Below, piece after piece: positions 9,654 through 19,467 of a stretch of 64,000 bases of DNA. A program made the position numbers and the translations under genes. Source of the DNA: Longimicrobiales bacterium (GTDB taxonomy: Bacteria; Gemmatimonadota; Gemmatimonadetes; Longimicrobiales; Gaopeijiaceae); the NCBI GenBank assembly GCA_965238005.1, contig OZ250165.1:1056001-1120000 (forward strand), in the 5' to 3' direction. How positions within the stretch are numbered: position 1 is the first letter of the stretch; each line of letters opens with the position of its first letter. The notes under the pieces were generated by a model. That model did not search any database, had not been told where the DNA came from, and worked only from the letters and a program-made list of their open reading frames with translations.

Positions 9654-11255
9654 GAGTCTGCGCCGCAGAACCCTGCGGCGGCTATCTTTGGTGGTAGCGA
9701 AGGCATTGGGAAGGCTTGCGGATCACCGAGGGGGGTGAATGGGAACGACATTTCGACCGTACGATCCGGAGCAGATGTTGTTGCTGCCTCCGGATCTTCG
9801 GGAGTGGGTGTCGGAGGGTCATTTGGCGCACCATGTGAGCGACCTGGTGGACGCGGTGGAGCTGAGCGCGTTCTACGGGCGGTACCGGGGGGACGGGCGG
9901 CGCAACTCGCCGTACGACCCTCGGATGATGGTCAAGGTGCTGATCTACGCGTATGCGACGGGCACCTTCTCGTCGCGGAAGATGGCGAGGAAGCTGGAGG
10001 AGGATGTCGCGTTTCGGATGCTGGCGGCGGAGAACTTCCCGAAGCACCGGACGCTGTGCGAGTTCCGCAAGCGCCATCTCGGGGATTTCCGGGCGGTGTT
10101 TGTGGAGGTGGTGATGCTCGCGCGGGCCTTGGGGCTGGCGGGGCTTGGCAGGGTGTCGGTGGACGGGACGAAGGTTCGGGCGAACGCGAACAAGCGCAAG
10201 GCGATGAGCTACGGCCGGATGGTGACCGGGGAGCCTCGGCTGGAGGCGGAGATCCGGGGGCTGTTGGAGAGGGCCGAGGCGGTGGACGAAGCGGAAGACG
10301 AGCGCTACGGCGAGGAAGCATGCGGAGACGAGGTGCCGGAGGAGCTCAAGCGGCGCGAGGACCGGCTGGCGGCGATCCGGGAGGCGAAGGCGCGCCTGGA
10401 AGCCGAGCAGAGAGCGGCGGACGACGCACGGGGCCGCAAGCCGGGGCAGACGCGCAACCCGAAGGGCGGCAGGCCCTACAAGCGGGAGTACGGAGAGCCG
10501 GACGAGGCGGCGCAGAGCAACTTCACGGACCCTGAGAGCCGGATCATGAAGACGAGTTCGGAGGGGTTCCAGCAGTGCTACAACGCACAGACGGTCGTGG
10601 AGGGGGAGAACCAGCTGGTGGTCGGGGCCGAGGTGACGGACAACGCGAGCGACCAGGGCCAGCTGGTGCCCATGGTCGACGCGGTGGCGCAAGCGTACGG
10701 CGAGACGCCGGCGCAGGTGCTGGCGGACACGGGCTATTGCAACGAGCGGGATCTCGAGGAACTGGAAGAGCGAGACATCGACGGGTATGTGGCGCTGGCC
10801 CGGGAGGGCAAGGCCGCCCCCACGGTTGACAAGGAGGAATATCCGGCGAAAGTCCGCATGGCGGAGAAGCTGGCGAGCGAAGATGGCCGCAGACGCTACG
10901 CACGGCGAAAGTCGCAGGCCGAGGCGCCCATCGGCTGGATCAAGGAAGTGATGGGCTTTCGACGATTCAGCTTCCGGGGCCTCGAGAAGGTCCGGGCCGA
11001 GTGGACCCTCGTGTGCCTGGCACTCAATGTGAAGCGGCTGCACACCCTTCAGGCGGCATGACTGCACGAGGGTTCACCCGCATCTGCCGGCGCGAGGGCT
11101 CTCGTAGCTCTCTTGCCCCCCCCAACGCATCCATTCCGCTCTCCCGATCCGTCGCAGACACAAGTCCTCAACCTCCCAATCACCCGGATCCGCCTCGCCG
11201 CGGACGGCTCGATGACCATTCGGCTCAGTCAGCTGTGCTTCTGCGGCGCAGACTC
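9654..11255 (+). mobile_element. IS1182-family insertion sequence, copy 1
   Basis: Perfect 17-bp terminal IR GAGTCTGCGCCGCAGAA; CTAG duplication at 9650-9653 and 11256-11259. Confidence 0.95.
9739..11061 (+). CDS. IS1182-family DDE transposase
   Basis: YDPRMMVKVLIYAY..G..SSRK (DUF772-like), VDGTK, NFTDPESRIM, LADTGY, RKSQAE. Confidence 0.93.
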   Translation: MGTTFRPYDPEQMLLLPPDLREWVSEGHLAHHVSDLVDAVELSAFYGRYRGDGRRNSPYDPRMMVKVLIYAYATGTFSSRKMARKLEEDVAFRMLAAENFPKHRTLCEFRKRHLGDFRAVFVEVVMLARALGLAGLGRVSVDGTKVRANANKRKAMSYGRMVTGEPRLEAEIRGLLERAEAVDEAEDERYGEEACGDEVPEELKRREDRLAAIREAKARLEAEQRAADDARGRKPGQTRNPKGGRPYKREYGEPDEAAQSNFTDPESRIMKTSSEGFQQCYNAQTVVEGENQLVVGAEVTDNASDQGQLVPMVDAVAQAYGETPAQVLADTGYCNERDLEELEERDIDGYVALAREGKAAPTVDKEEYPAKVRMAEKLASEDGRRRYARRKSQAEAPIGWIKEVMGFRRFSFRGLEKVRAEWTLVCLALNVKRLHTLQAA

Positions 11256-11260
11256 CTAGG

Positions 11261-11310
11261 GAGGAGTGGCGACTGAACGGCCGCGACTCGGCGAGTCGCG
11301 GCCGCTCCTC
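11261..11310 (+). terminator. GC-rich stem-loop originally directly after the S9 peptidase stop codon
   Basis: 13-bp perfect inverted repeat CGGCCGCGACTCG/CGAGTCGCGGCCG (11278-11304); no U-tract. Confidence 0.45.
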
Positions 11311-11619
11311 TGCACCGTAGCGGTTCGTCGTAGCCCGTTACGTGTCGGCCATTTGAAGGCCGTGTTACCATCCTTCGTGAGAGCAGTAAGGCGCGACCTG
11401 ATCGAGCCAGCCCACTCCCAATAAGAGGCCGCTCGGACCGCTGGCCTTCCAGGTTCGCCCTGGTCGACTCACATCCCAACCACCCGACGCCGAGCTGCCG
11501 AGGAAATCCATGGCCGGCATGCCGATCGGGGCAGCCTCGACGAGAATTCCACCATACAACCATCGATTGCTGCAGTACGTATACTCACGACGTAAAGATA
11601 CGTATACCCCTCCCGCGAG

Positions 11620-12492
11620 CTACGTGATGGCGATGGGGTTGACCGGGCTTCCTGCGCCCCCAGTCAGTTGTAGTGGCGCGACGATCAGCAGAGACTGGTA
11701 GGCTCTGTCGTTGGCCAATCCCTCCAGGTCCAGGTTCTCCATCAGATAGAGGCCGAGATCGCGGATACCGACTCGGTGGACCGGCAGGTCCTCAGGCGGG
11801 ACCTCGCTGAGGACCTCGACGGCGTAGTTGTCCGAACCCACCGCGAGCACGTCATGCTCTTTGAGCCACGGTAGCACGGAGTCGTCGATCCCCGGTTCAC
11901 CGCTGTCGAAAAGGGCTCGATCCTTAGCCATCACTCTCAACCAACCGGTTCGGATCAGGAGCATGTCCCCTGAGCGGATCTCGACCCGCTGTGAAGTAGC
12001 GCACTCATCGAGGTCCTCGGCGGTGACGGCCTCTCCCGCGGCCAGGTGTTCCACCTCCTTCCACCGCGCGACATCGAGCAGTAGGCCGCGACCAATCAGG
12101 AAGGGGACGTTGTCGATCGCGTTGCGCGTTACGCCTACCTCCGTCACGTGCTCTGTCGCGTCGAAGCCGTTGTAGAGTCTGTCGCCGTACCAGATGTGGC
12201 ATAGAGCGTCGATATGCGTACCGGAATGGGAGTGCATCTCCAGCCTGTCCCCGGAACTGCGTCGGCCCTCATGCTTCTCGGATATCACAGTCGTCCGTGA
12301 GATCTTCTCACGCGGCGGCCACTGGGCTCCGTCCCTCTCAAGGGGGACGGACAGGCTATAGGTCTTTCCGGTCCGGACGAGTCTCGCGGCGGCCTTGATC
12401 GACTCTGATGAGATCAGGTTGAAGGTGCCCTGCTGGTCGCTGGCGCCCCATCGACCCCAATTCGAGACGTCGCTGGCCTGCTTATGACTCAT
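11620..12492 (-). CDS. Cyclase family metal-dependent hydrolase (kynurenine formamidase-like)
   Basis: NWGRWG..DQQGT.N, HSGTHIDAL (HxGTHxD), LIRTGW, GSDN, ENL, GAGSPVNPIA. Confidence 0.9.
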   Translation of the reverse strand: MSHKQASDVSNWGRWGASDQQGTFNLISSESIKAAARLVRTGKTYSLSVPLERDGAQWPPREKISRTTVISEKHEGRRSSGDRLEMHSHSGTHIDALCHIWYGDRLYNGFDATEHVTEVGVTRNAIDNVPFLIGRGLLLDVARWKEVEHLAAGEAVTAEDLDECATSQRVEIRSGDMLLIRTGWLRVMAKDRALFDSGEPGIDDSVLPWLKEHDVLAVGSDNYAVEVLSEVPPEDLPVHRVGIRDLGLYLMENLDLEGLANDRAYQSLLIVAPLQLTGGAGSPVNPIAIT

Positions 12493-12663
12493 ACCTCGCT
12501 GCCTTTTCGAAAGAGGAAAGAACCGCCGACCCCTGCCCGGGGACCAGGGACGCTGGGGGGTTGGTGGCCAGCGCATGTGACATGCTGTGGGAACGGAGAG
12601 TGGTGTGACAAGGGTTTGCGGCTGTCCGCGTAAATTGCGTGGGTCCGGAAGCGCTCGGGGGCG

Positions 12664-13253
12664 CTAAACTGCTTTGTACGGCGGCGCGACGAAGTCCGCG
12701 ACGGGGTTCCGGTCGACCAGATAGTTACCGTCGATTTTGGTGCCGGAGGCCCAGGTGAGCAGGCGCTTTATGAACGCGATTTCCTTCTGCAGGCGGCTAC
12801 CGCTCACGGACTTCTTGAGGTTGCGCCCGGGAGGGTTGATTACGCCACGCTACGCTGGCGGTCGCGAAGGTATCCCTTTAGGTCGCTACGATCGATCTGC
12901 CCGATGGGTTTGCGGGGGCCGAGGTGGGTGATCCACAGATCCCGCCAGGCCTCCATCTCTTTGTATCTCTGCAGGGAGAAGTCCTGGCCCTCGTGGAAGA
13001 GGAAGAGGCGGATAGCCGCTCCGAGTGACGTGGCGCCCGAGCGCACCTCCTCTGCGTCCGCCAGGCGCCGCGAGGCCGCGACTCTGGCCTCATGCTTCGC
13101 CCGCTCCTTATCTCGGTGTCGTAGGCTCGTCTTCCGCCAGTTCCTGCGTTGGCCGTCCCACCGGAACAAATAGAGATTGCTGCCAGGGTAGCGCTCTCTT
13201 ACCTGGACCCGGTACCCGTATTCACCAACCGCATACGACCAGAGCTTGGGCAT
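12664..13253 (-). pseudogene. Tyrosine integrase N-terminal/core-binding part; frameshifted, catalytic domain missing
   Basis: WSYAVGE..RVQVRER arm-binding-like N-term; after removing the 5-bp duplication at 12847-12856 it reads ...KEIAFIKRLLTWA...LVDRNPV then stop. Confidence 0.65.
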
Positions 13254-13277
13254 CCTGTCTCTCCGTTGAGCGCCCCC

Positions 13278-13607
13278 TTAGGATGCTTCGCTTACGCGTC
13301 CGAGGTCAAGCCGCCCCATGTTCGGTTTCAGTGGAATGTCACCTCGGCGCACAAGGGGCCTGCCTGCGTTGCCGAAGTTTTCGATGACGCCCTTCCGCAG
13401 GAGCCCGTATATGCCGTGATAGGTGTACCCAGACTCGCCGCATGCGGCCGAGATGGTGAGCAGCTCTGAGTCGTGGCCGGCTATGGCGGCCTCGACGAGT
13501 TCTGCAGCTTTCCGAAATGCTGCGGCTGCGGCGGGGTTGCTCAACCGCTCGTTCTCGTGGGCACGCGCCAAGAACTCCTGTGTGAGCCTGCCGATCCCTA
13601 TCTTCAC
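13278..13607 (-). CDS. Excisionase-like HTH DNA-binding protein
   Basis: LLTISAACGESGYTYHGIYGLLRKGVI...RRGDIPLKP; lies directly upstream of the integrase remnant. Confidence 0.65.
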   Translation of the reverse strand: MKIGIGRLTQEFLARAHENERLSNPAAAAAFRKAAELVEAAIAGHDSELLTISAACGESGYTYHGIYGLLRKGVIENFGNAGRPLVRRGDIPLKPNMGRLDLGRVSEAS

Positions 13608-13690
13608 ACTGCCACCGCTTCTCTTCTTCTGATGTTTCACTGAGCACTGACAGGTCGATAACCTGGTCGGCGCTGTCCCTGACACGTCCA

Positions 13691-14572
13691 CTAGGCCACC
13701 CGCTCCCTCCCCTCCGCCCTTCCGGGACGGCCCCCTTCGCGCCACTGCCTCGCGGCCTCCGTGAAGGCCCGCAGGAGGGCCACCACGGCCGCCCTGAGTG
13801 CCTGGAGGGCCTCGAACGACCCCGTGTCCTCCCAGCGAGTCAGTGCGGCTCGAAAGGGCCTAGTGGGCTCTTCAACGAGCGTCTTGCAGCGTGGCCAACG
13901 GCCGACGGCAGGCTGAGGCGCGATCTGGCGGATTCGCCGCGCCACCCGGCGCGAAAACACCACGGCAAGCGCGTGACGTTCAGATGTCTGGACGTCCACG
14001 GCAACGTCCTCAAAGGCGTCGCAATCGAGAGGCTCGATCCATAGGGTTGCTCCGGGTCTCAACAGATGGTCTCCATCAAGGGCGCCTTCCTTTTCCCGAT
14101 TTGGGGAAACGAAGAGAACGCTCGCTGTTGGTTCTTGAAAATGGATGTTGGTTATTGGTTGTTGTTTGTGCGCAGCCCCCGCACACCCGTCGGCACCTCT
14201 GGCAAACCCCTCGGCATCTCCCACACACCCCGCCCGGAATCTGTTAGGAGGTACCTCCGCAAGTCCTTGCGGGTGACTCAGGAGGCCCGACGGTTTGCGC
14301 TGAAACAAACCAGTCCATCGGGAGCGGTCGACCCTAAAACGGGTCTGACGGGTCCGTGGGGAAGTCCGCAGGATCACCGTAAGGGTGCCTCCCATCCAGG
14401 CCCGGGTCTGACCAACTCGTCATCAGCACGGACGACCAGATACCGGTTCGACGTTCCCGTTTCCTTTCCACTGTACTTGTGAACCCAGCCTATGCTATCG
14501 AGAAGTCTCAGCCTGCTATGGACCGTTCTGGGGCTGCATCCGGCGCGGTGTGCGATGGTGCGCACGGAGGGA
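13691..14572 (-). pseudogene. Phage/satellite replication-initiator-like HTH protein, truncated by IS21 and frameshifted
   Basis: PSVRTIAHRAGCSPRTVHSRLRLLDSIGW..SNRY winged-HTH signature abutting the IS21 left end; low-complexity linker ...GAAHKQQPITN..EP in the following frame. Confidence 0.55.
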
Positions 14573-14731
14573 TGTTAGCGGCCTTCCAATATTGCACACA
14601 TGTGGCCATCCAAAATTGCACACTTGGCGCTTTGACCTAGCGGGCGGGAGAGTGGGGATGTAGGCACCACCCCGAGCGATCTTCCGGCCGATCCACTCAC
14701 TTGGCGCCTCCACCGCGAACGTGGAGGTGCA

Positions 14732-15760
14732 ATGATCGGAAGGGAGAAGCGCGTGCTGCTCCGTCATTACCTCGAGCAGGGGATGAACAAGGCGGTGATC
14801 GCCCGGGATCTGGGGGTCAGTCGCCGTACCGTGTACCACTGGATAGAGACCGGTCAACTGGACCGGGAGTTGGACGAAGAGCGTGTCGGGTACGGTCCGA
14901 GATGTCTGATGCCGTCGAAGCTGGATCCGTACAAGCCGTTGATCGACACGCGTCTCAAGGAGTACCCGAAGCTCACGGCTGTACGGCTCTTCAAGGAGGT
15001 CCGGGCCGCTGGCTACCCGGGCAGTTACAACCAAGTGAAGCGCTATGTACGCAAGGTCCGGCCTCGACCCCCAGAGGAGCCGGTCGTGCGCTTCGAGACG
15101 GCGCCTGGGCGTCAGGGCCAGGTGGACTTCGCCCACTTCCGGCTACCGTGGGGCAAGCGTTACGCACTAATCGTCGTGCTGGGCTACTCGAGGCTGCTGT
15201 GGGTTCAGTTCTACACCCGGCAGACCATGAAGGCCCTGATGCATGGCCTGGAGTCTTCGTTTTCCTACTTCGGCGGCGTGCCCTCAGAGCTTCTGTTCGA
15301 CCAAATGAAGGCGGTCGTCATCGAGGACGGTCGATACGACGATGGTGCCCTCGTCGAGAACCCGGAGTTCATGCGCTACGCCTACCACTGGAACTTCAGG
15401 ATCCGAGCGTGCCGACCCTATCGGGCTCAGACCAAGGGCAAGGTGGAGCGGCCGATCCGCTACCTCAGGGAGAGCTTCTTCTACGGGCGCACCTTCACGT
15501 CGGACGACGATCTCAACGCGCAGGCCCTTCATTGGCTTGAGACGGAAGCCAATGTGCGCAGCCACGGAACGCTGAAGGAGCGGCCCCTCGATCGCTTCGA
15601 GCGTGAACGACTGCTCCTCGAGCCCTTGGCGACTCGCCCGTATCACCCCCTCGTCCTGCCTCCGGATCGCTCCTCACCCGGCACGACGTCCTTGCCGGCC
15701 ATCCACGTCGAGCGACGTCCCCTCACGGCCTATGCCCAGATCGCGGGAGGGGACCGATGA
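14732..15760 (+). CDS. istA: IS21 transposase IstA
   Basis: N-term HTH, RFETAPGRQGQVDF, LFDQMK, TKGKVER. Confidence 0.95.
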   Translation: MIGREKRVLLRHYLEQGMNKAVIARDLGVSRRTVYHWIETGQLDRELDEERVGYGPRCLMPSKLDPYKPLIDTRLKEYPKLTAVRLFKEVRAAGYPGSYNQVKRYVRKVRPRPPEEPVVRFETAPGRQGQVDFAHFRLPWGKRYALIVVLGYSRLLWVQFYTRQTMKALMHGLESSFSYFGGVPSELLFDQMKAVVIEDGRYDDGALVENPEFMRYAYHWNFRIRACRPYRAQTKGKVERPIRYLRESFFYGRTFTSDDDLNAQALHWLETEANVRSHGTLKERPLDRFERERLLLEPLATRPYHPLVLPPDRSSPGTTSLPAIHVERRPLTAYAQIAGGDR

Positions 15761-16599
15761 AGGCTGCCGCTCGCTCTCGCCGTGACCGGATCCGAGCCCA
15801 GCTCGCCGACCTCAAGATGCCCGGTGCGCTGGAGGCCATCGACGACGTCCTCACCGGGGTCGATGGCGGAGGCGTGACGGCCTCGGAGGCCATCGAGCAA
15901 CTCCTCGGTGCCCAGATCACGCTGCGCAACAACCGCCGCCTTCAGGCTGCGATGCGCTCGAGCCGGCTACCGGGCACCAAGACCCTCGACGACTTCGACT
16001 TCAGCTTCCAGCCCTCGATCAAGCGCGAGCAGATCGACTCGCTCCACGAGCTCGGCTTCTTGGAGCGTAAGGAGAACGTGATCTTCCTCGGCCCTCCGGG
16101 CGTCGGCAAGACGCATCTCGCGATCAGCCTCGCCATTGCCGCGGCTCAGAGCGGGCGCAGAGTCTACTACGGCGCTCTGGCCGACCTCATCACTTCTCTC
16201 GAAGAAGCCAAGACCACCGGCCAGCTGGGACGCCGCCTCAAGATCCTCACCTATCCTTCGCTCCTGGTCATCGACGAGATCGGCTACCTGCCGGTCAGCC
16301 AGACCGGCGCCATGCTCTTCTTCCAACTCATCAACCGGCGCTATGAGCGCGCATCCACTGTGCTGACCTCCAATAAAGGCTTCGAGGAGTGGGGCCAGAT
16401 CTTGGGCGACGAGGTCATGGCCGCTGCGCTCATCGATCGCCTGCTGCATCACTGCCACATCGTCAACATCCGCGGCAGCAGCTACCGGATGCGCAAGCAC
16501 ACCGACCTCTCCAAGATCCTCCACTCGCCTCCTGCGGAGTCGAGCCCTTCACCCCCGAAGAGAAAGAGAGCAAGAGCAAAGGAGAAAACGACGAACTAG
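15757..16599 (+). CDS. istB: IS21 helper AAA+ ATPase IstB
   Basis: GPPGVGKT Walker A, LVIDEIGY Walker B, IDRLLHH; ATGA overlap with istA. Confidence 0.95.
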   Translation: MKAAARSRRDRIRAQLADLKMPGALEAIDDVLTGVDGGGVTASEAIEQLLGAQITLRNNRRLQAAMRSSRLPGTKTLDDFDFSFQPSIKREQIDSLHELGFLERKENVIFLGPPGVGKTHLAISLAIAAAQSGRRVYYGALADLITSLEEAKTTGQLGRRLKILTYPSLLVIDEIGYLPVSQTGAMLFFQLINRRYERASTVLTSNKGFEEWGQILGDEVMAAALIDRLLHHCHIVNIRGSSYRMRKHTDLSKILHSPPAESSPSPPKRKRARAKEKTTN

Positions 16600-17005
16600 A
16601 GGCTCGTCACCTCCGCCAAGTGTGCAATTTTCGATGGCCAGATGGTGCAGCTTTCGATGGCCGTTGACACTGGTGTCGGCCGCGGTTTGATGTGGGCGGG
16701 AGGCTCGACACCGTTCCCCCGAACTCACAGCGTCCCTCGAACTATCCATCGGAAACACACCGACTCGATCAGAGGGTAGACGTGCGCCACGCCGAGAGCA
16801 AGTTCGGATGCCGTCAATCACTTCCCAAGCGTCCTCTCAAGACCACTGCAAGCGAGCTCAACGGTGAAGGAGGACGATTCGGGGGTGGTGATCAGAGTGA
16901 TAATCGCTCTCGACGACCCGGTAATCGGATACCTGCGACCATGTCGAAGGCACTGCCACCCTCGTCTGCGGGGCCGCAGCCCAGCAGTGTTCCGGCGGTC
17001 GAGCC

Positions 17006-17029
17006 ACCCTGAACCTACTGATTAAGAGT
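17006..17029 (-). other. tRNA-Lys(CTT) fragment (att-site relic)
   Basis: Minus strand ACTCTTAATCAGTAGGTTCAGGGT, covering anticodon loop to start of T arm; short, so moderate confidence. Confidence 0.55.
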
Positions 17030-17146
17030 TCGACCGCAGCGTATACGCAAAGGGGTCGTGAGGTCGTCTAAGTTGCTGCGAGTTAGCGGGTTAGGGGGTC
17101 GATTGTTCTCTCGCGTGTTGCTGAGATTCGGCCAGTTTCGGGGAGT

Positions 17147-17182
17147 TTGGGGTCCCGCTTGGGGGGTCCCGCTTGGGGTACC
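17147..17182. repeat. Three direct repeats TTGGGG(GG)TCCCGC / TTGGGGTACC, resembling integrase arm-type sites
   Basis: Tandem repeats located between the two tRNA fragments. Confidence 0.55.
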
Positions 17183-17246
17183 AGCCGACGATCGGGTCGC
17201 GGTCCGAAGGCCGAGCGCGAGGACCTGCGAGGCTTGATCTTACAAC

Positions 17247-17289
17247 GGTAGGCCTGGGTGGACTCGAACTCCGACCTCACGCTTATCAG
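17247..17289 (-). other. 3' half of tRNA-Ile(GAT), degenerate (att-site relic, not a functional tRNA)
   Basis: Minus strand CTGATAAGCGTGAGGTCGGAGTTCGAGTCCACCCAGGCCTACC; starts exactly at the anticodon loop; 5' half absent. Confidence 0.85.
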
Positions 17290-17411
17290 ATATCAGCCGA
17301 GCGCTCGTGAGCGCTGGAATCAGGCGGTTTTCACCGATTCTGGGCTGGTGAGCGCCAGCCAGCGCTGGTGGGCGATGGTACAGGTAGGGTTACAGCCATT
17401 AACATACCTGC

Positions 17412-19118
17412 ATGAAGACCACCGGCTCCCATCTGGCCACGCTGCTCGCGGGGGAAACCAAACTGCGCCGGCAGCTCGCGCCGTTCGTGAAATACGTGGT
17501 CCTCGTCGTCGCGGTCGTTTTGCTCTACGGCTGGCTGTTCCACGCGATCATGGCGCGGGAAGGTCAGGACCACTCGTGGTTCACGGGAGTCTATTGGGCG
17601 CTCACGGTGATGAGCACCCTCGGCTTCGGTGATATCACGTTCGAGAGCGACCTGGGCCGCGCCTTCAGCACCATTGTGCTGCTGACCGGCATGCTGCTGC
17701 TCCTCATCATCCTCCCGTTCCTCTTCATCCGAGTTGTATACGCCCCGTGGCTCGAGCAGCGGAGCCGCGGCCGCATCCGCTCGCTCCAGTCGGTGCCGGA
17801 AGGCCTCGCCGGTCACGTGCTGATTTGCGCCAACGATCCAATTGCGCCCGGGCTCATCCGCCGCCTTCAACTGGCGGACGTGCCGGTCTATGTGATCGAG
17901 CCCGACGCCGACCTTGCGATGCACATGCAGGATGTCGGCACGCCGGTCTTCATGGGCGAAATCGACTCCGTCGAGACCTACCGAGCCGCCCGCGCGGCGC
18001 AGGCTCGCCTCGTCCTGGCCAACGCGTCGGACACGGTCAACTCCAACATTATCCTCACCGTACGCGAGCTGTCCGAATCGGTGCCGGTCGTTGCGCTGGC
18101 CGAAGTGGAAGACTCGATCGATGTGCTGGAGCTCAGCGGCGCCACACACGTGCTGCCCCTCACGCACCAACTCGGCGAGCACCTCGCCAATCGGGTGAGC
18201 TCGGGGACGACGCATGCCAACCTGATCGGCAAGTTCCATGACCTGCTGCTCGCCGAGTTCCCAGTGCACAACACGCCGTTCCAGGGCCGGACCATCCGGG
18301 ACACACGGTTGCGCGAGTTTACCGGGGTCACAATCGTCGGGGTGTGGGAGCGTGGGCGGTTCCTGCCCGCGAGGCCGGATCTCGAGCTGTCGTCGCTCAC
18401 CGTGCCGGTCGCCATCGGCACGTCCGAGCAGATCGCGGCGCTGGACGAAGTGCTCGCGATATACGACGCCAATCCGAATCCGGTGCTCATCCTCGGCGGT
18501 GGCAAGGTGGGGCGGGCCGCCGCTGCGGCCCTCAAGCGGCGGAAGATCCCCGTGCATATGGTGGAACGGAACCCGGAACTGGAGCCGCAAATCGCGAGCA
18601 TTCCCGACCGGTTGTTTCTAGGCGACGCCGCCGACCGGCGCATACTTGACGCGGCGGGGATTGCCGAGACACCGTGCGTCCTGCTCACGACGCACGACGA
18701 TGCGATGAACGTCTACCTGACGGTGTACTGCCGGCGGCTCAATCCCGACGCGCGTATCCTCACCCGGGTCACGCACGAGCGGAACGTCGAGGCCATCCAG
18801 CGCGCCGGCGCCGACTTCGTCTTGAGCTACGCGTCATTAGGGGTGCAGACGGTATACTCGATCGTGCAGGGACGGGAGCTCATCGTGCTGGGCGAGGGCG
18901 TTGATCTCTTCTACGTGCCGCTCCCGCCGTCGCTCGCCGACAAGACGCTCGCCGACGCGGGGATCGGCGCGCGCACCGGCCTGAACGTGATCGGCGTCCA
19001 GAAGGACGGGCAGATCGTCACGAATCTGCCGCCCGACCAGCGGTTAGTTAAGGGCTCAACGCTCGTCGCCCTGGGCAGCGCGGAGCAGCGGCAGCGCTTC
19101 GGCGCCGTCTACGACTAG
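17412..19118 (+). CDS. Potassium channel with tandem TrkA/RCK domains
   Basis: Two TM helices around TVMSTLGFGD filter; Rossmann ILGGGKVG; RCK_N/RCK_C twice. Confidence 0.9.
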   Translation: MKTTGSHLATLLAGETKLRRQLAPFVKYVVLVVAVVLLYGWLFHAIMAREGQDHSWFTGVYWALTVMSTLGFGDITFESDLGRAFSTIVLLTGMLLLLIILPFLFIRVVYAPWLEQRSRGRIRSLQSVPEGLAGHVLICANDPIAPGLIRRLQLADVPVYVIEPDADLAMHMQDVGTPVFMGEIDSVETYRAARAAQARLVLANASDTVNSNIILTVRELSESVPVVALAEVEDSIDVLELSGATHVLPLTHQLGEHLANRVSSGTTHANLIGKFHDLLLAEFPVHNTPFQGRTIRDTRLREFTGVTIVGVWERGRFLPARPDLELSSLTVPVAIGTSEQIAALDEVLAIYDANPNPVLILGGGKVGRAAAAALKRRKIPVHMVERNPELEPQIASIPDRLFLGDAADRRILDAAGIAETPCVLLTTHDDAMNVYLTVYCRRLNPDARILTRVTHERNVEAIQRAGADFVLSYASLGVQTVYSIVQGRELIVLGEGVDLFYVPLPPSLADKTLADAGIGARTGLNVIGVQKDGQIVTNLPPDQRLVKGSTLVALGSAEQRQRFGAVYD

Positions 19119-19259
19119 CCGCAGGGGGCGGCGGGTGCGCCACGCGGTTCTCGAGGGGAATTCACAACCTATCTCGTCCCAGAATTCGATCCCGCCGAGA
19201 ACCCGTATGAATACTGGCAATCGACGATGACCGTGCTGTTCCCGGAGTGGAGTTCACGC

Positions 19260-19400
19260 GGAGGCCGCGACGTTCGCTTTCCGGAGGCGCGCCCGTGCCG
19301 TCCAGGATGTAGACGTTGGTGATGAGGACGGAGTCGGTGGACTGCGTGCACGTCGTGAGCGCGAGCAGCGCGACGGCCGCCAGGAACTATCGCGGCTCAT
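19260..19400 (-). pseudogene. Possible amidohydrolase (D-aminoacylase-like) N-terminal fragment
   Basis: FLAAVALLALTTC..VLITNVYILDGTGAP in a frame lacking a clean start, with no continuation. Confidence 0.4.
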
Positions 19401-19467
19401 CCCGCCTCAGGGGCAGACCGGGAGCGATCAGCTCACCAATGCGGCAATCGCGAATGCTCAGTCCGCT

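Larger units (their letters stand above)
14573..16669 (+). mobile_element. IS21-family insertion sequence
   Basis: TG...CA termini, repeated subterminal IR motifs (GGCCATCCAAAATTGCACAC / GTGTGCAATTTTCGATGGCC), istA-istB pair. Confidence 0.95.

Noticed and set aside
9682..11067. 461-aa antisense ORF in IS1182 (also 27809-29194)
   Set aside because: Shadow ORF from high-GC codon bias; no motifs
11576..11607. TACGTATAC direct repeat
   Set aside because: Only two short copies and no clear regulated gene
17247..17330. Complete tRNA-Ile gene
   Set aside because: Acceptor 5' strand and D arm are absent and the T stem is damaged
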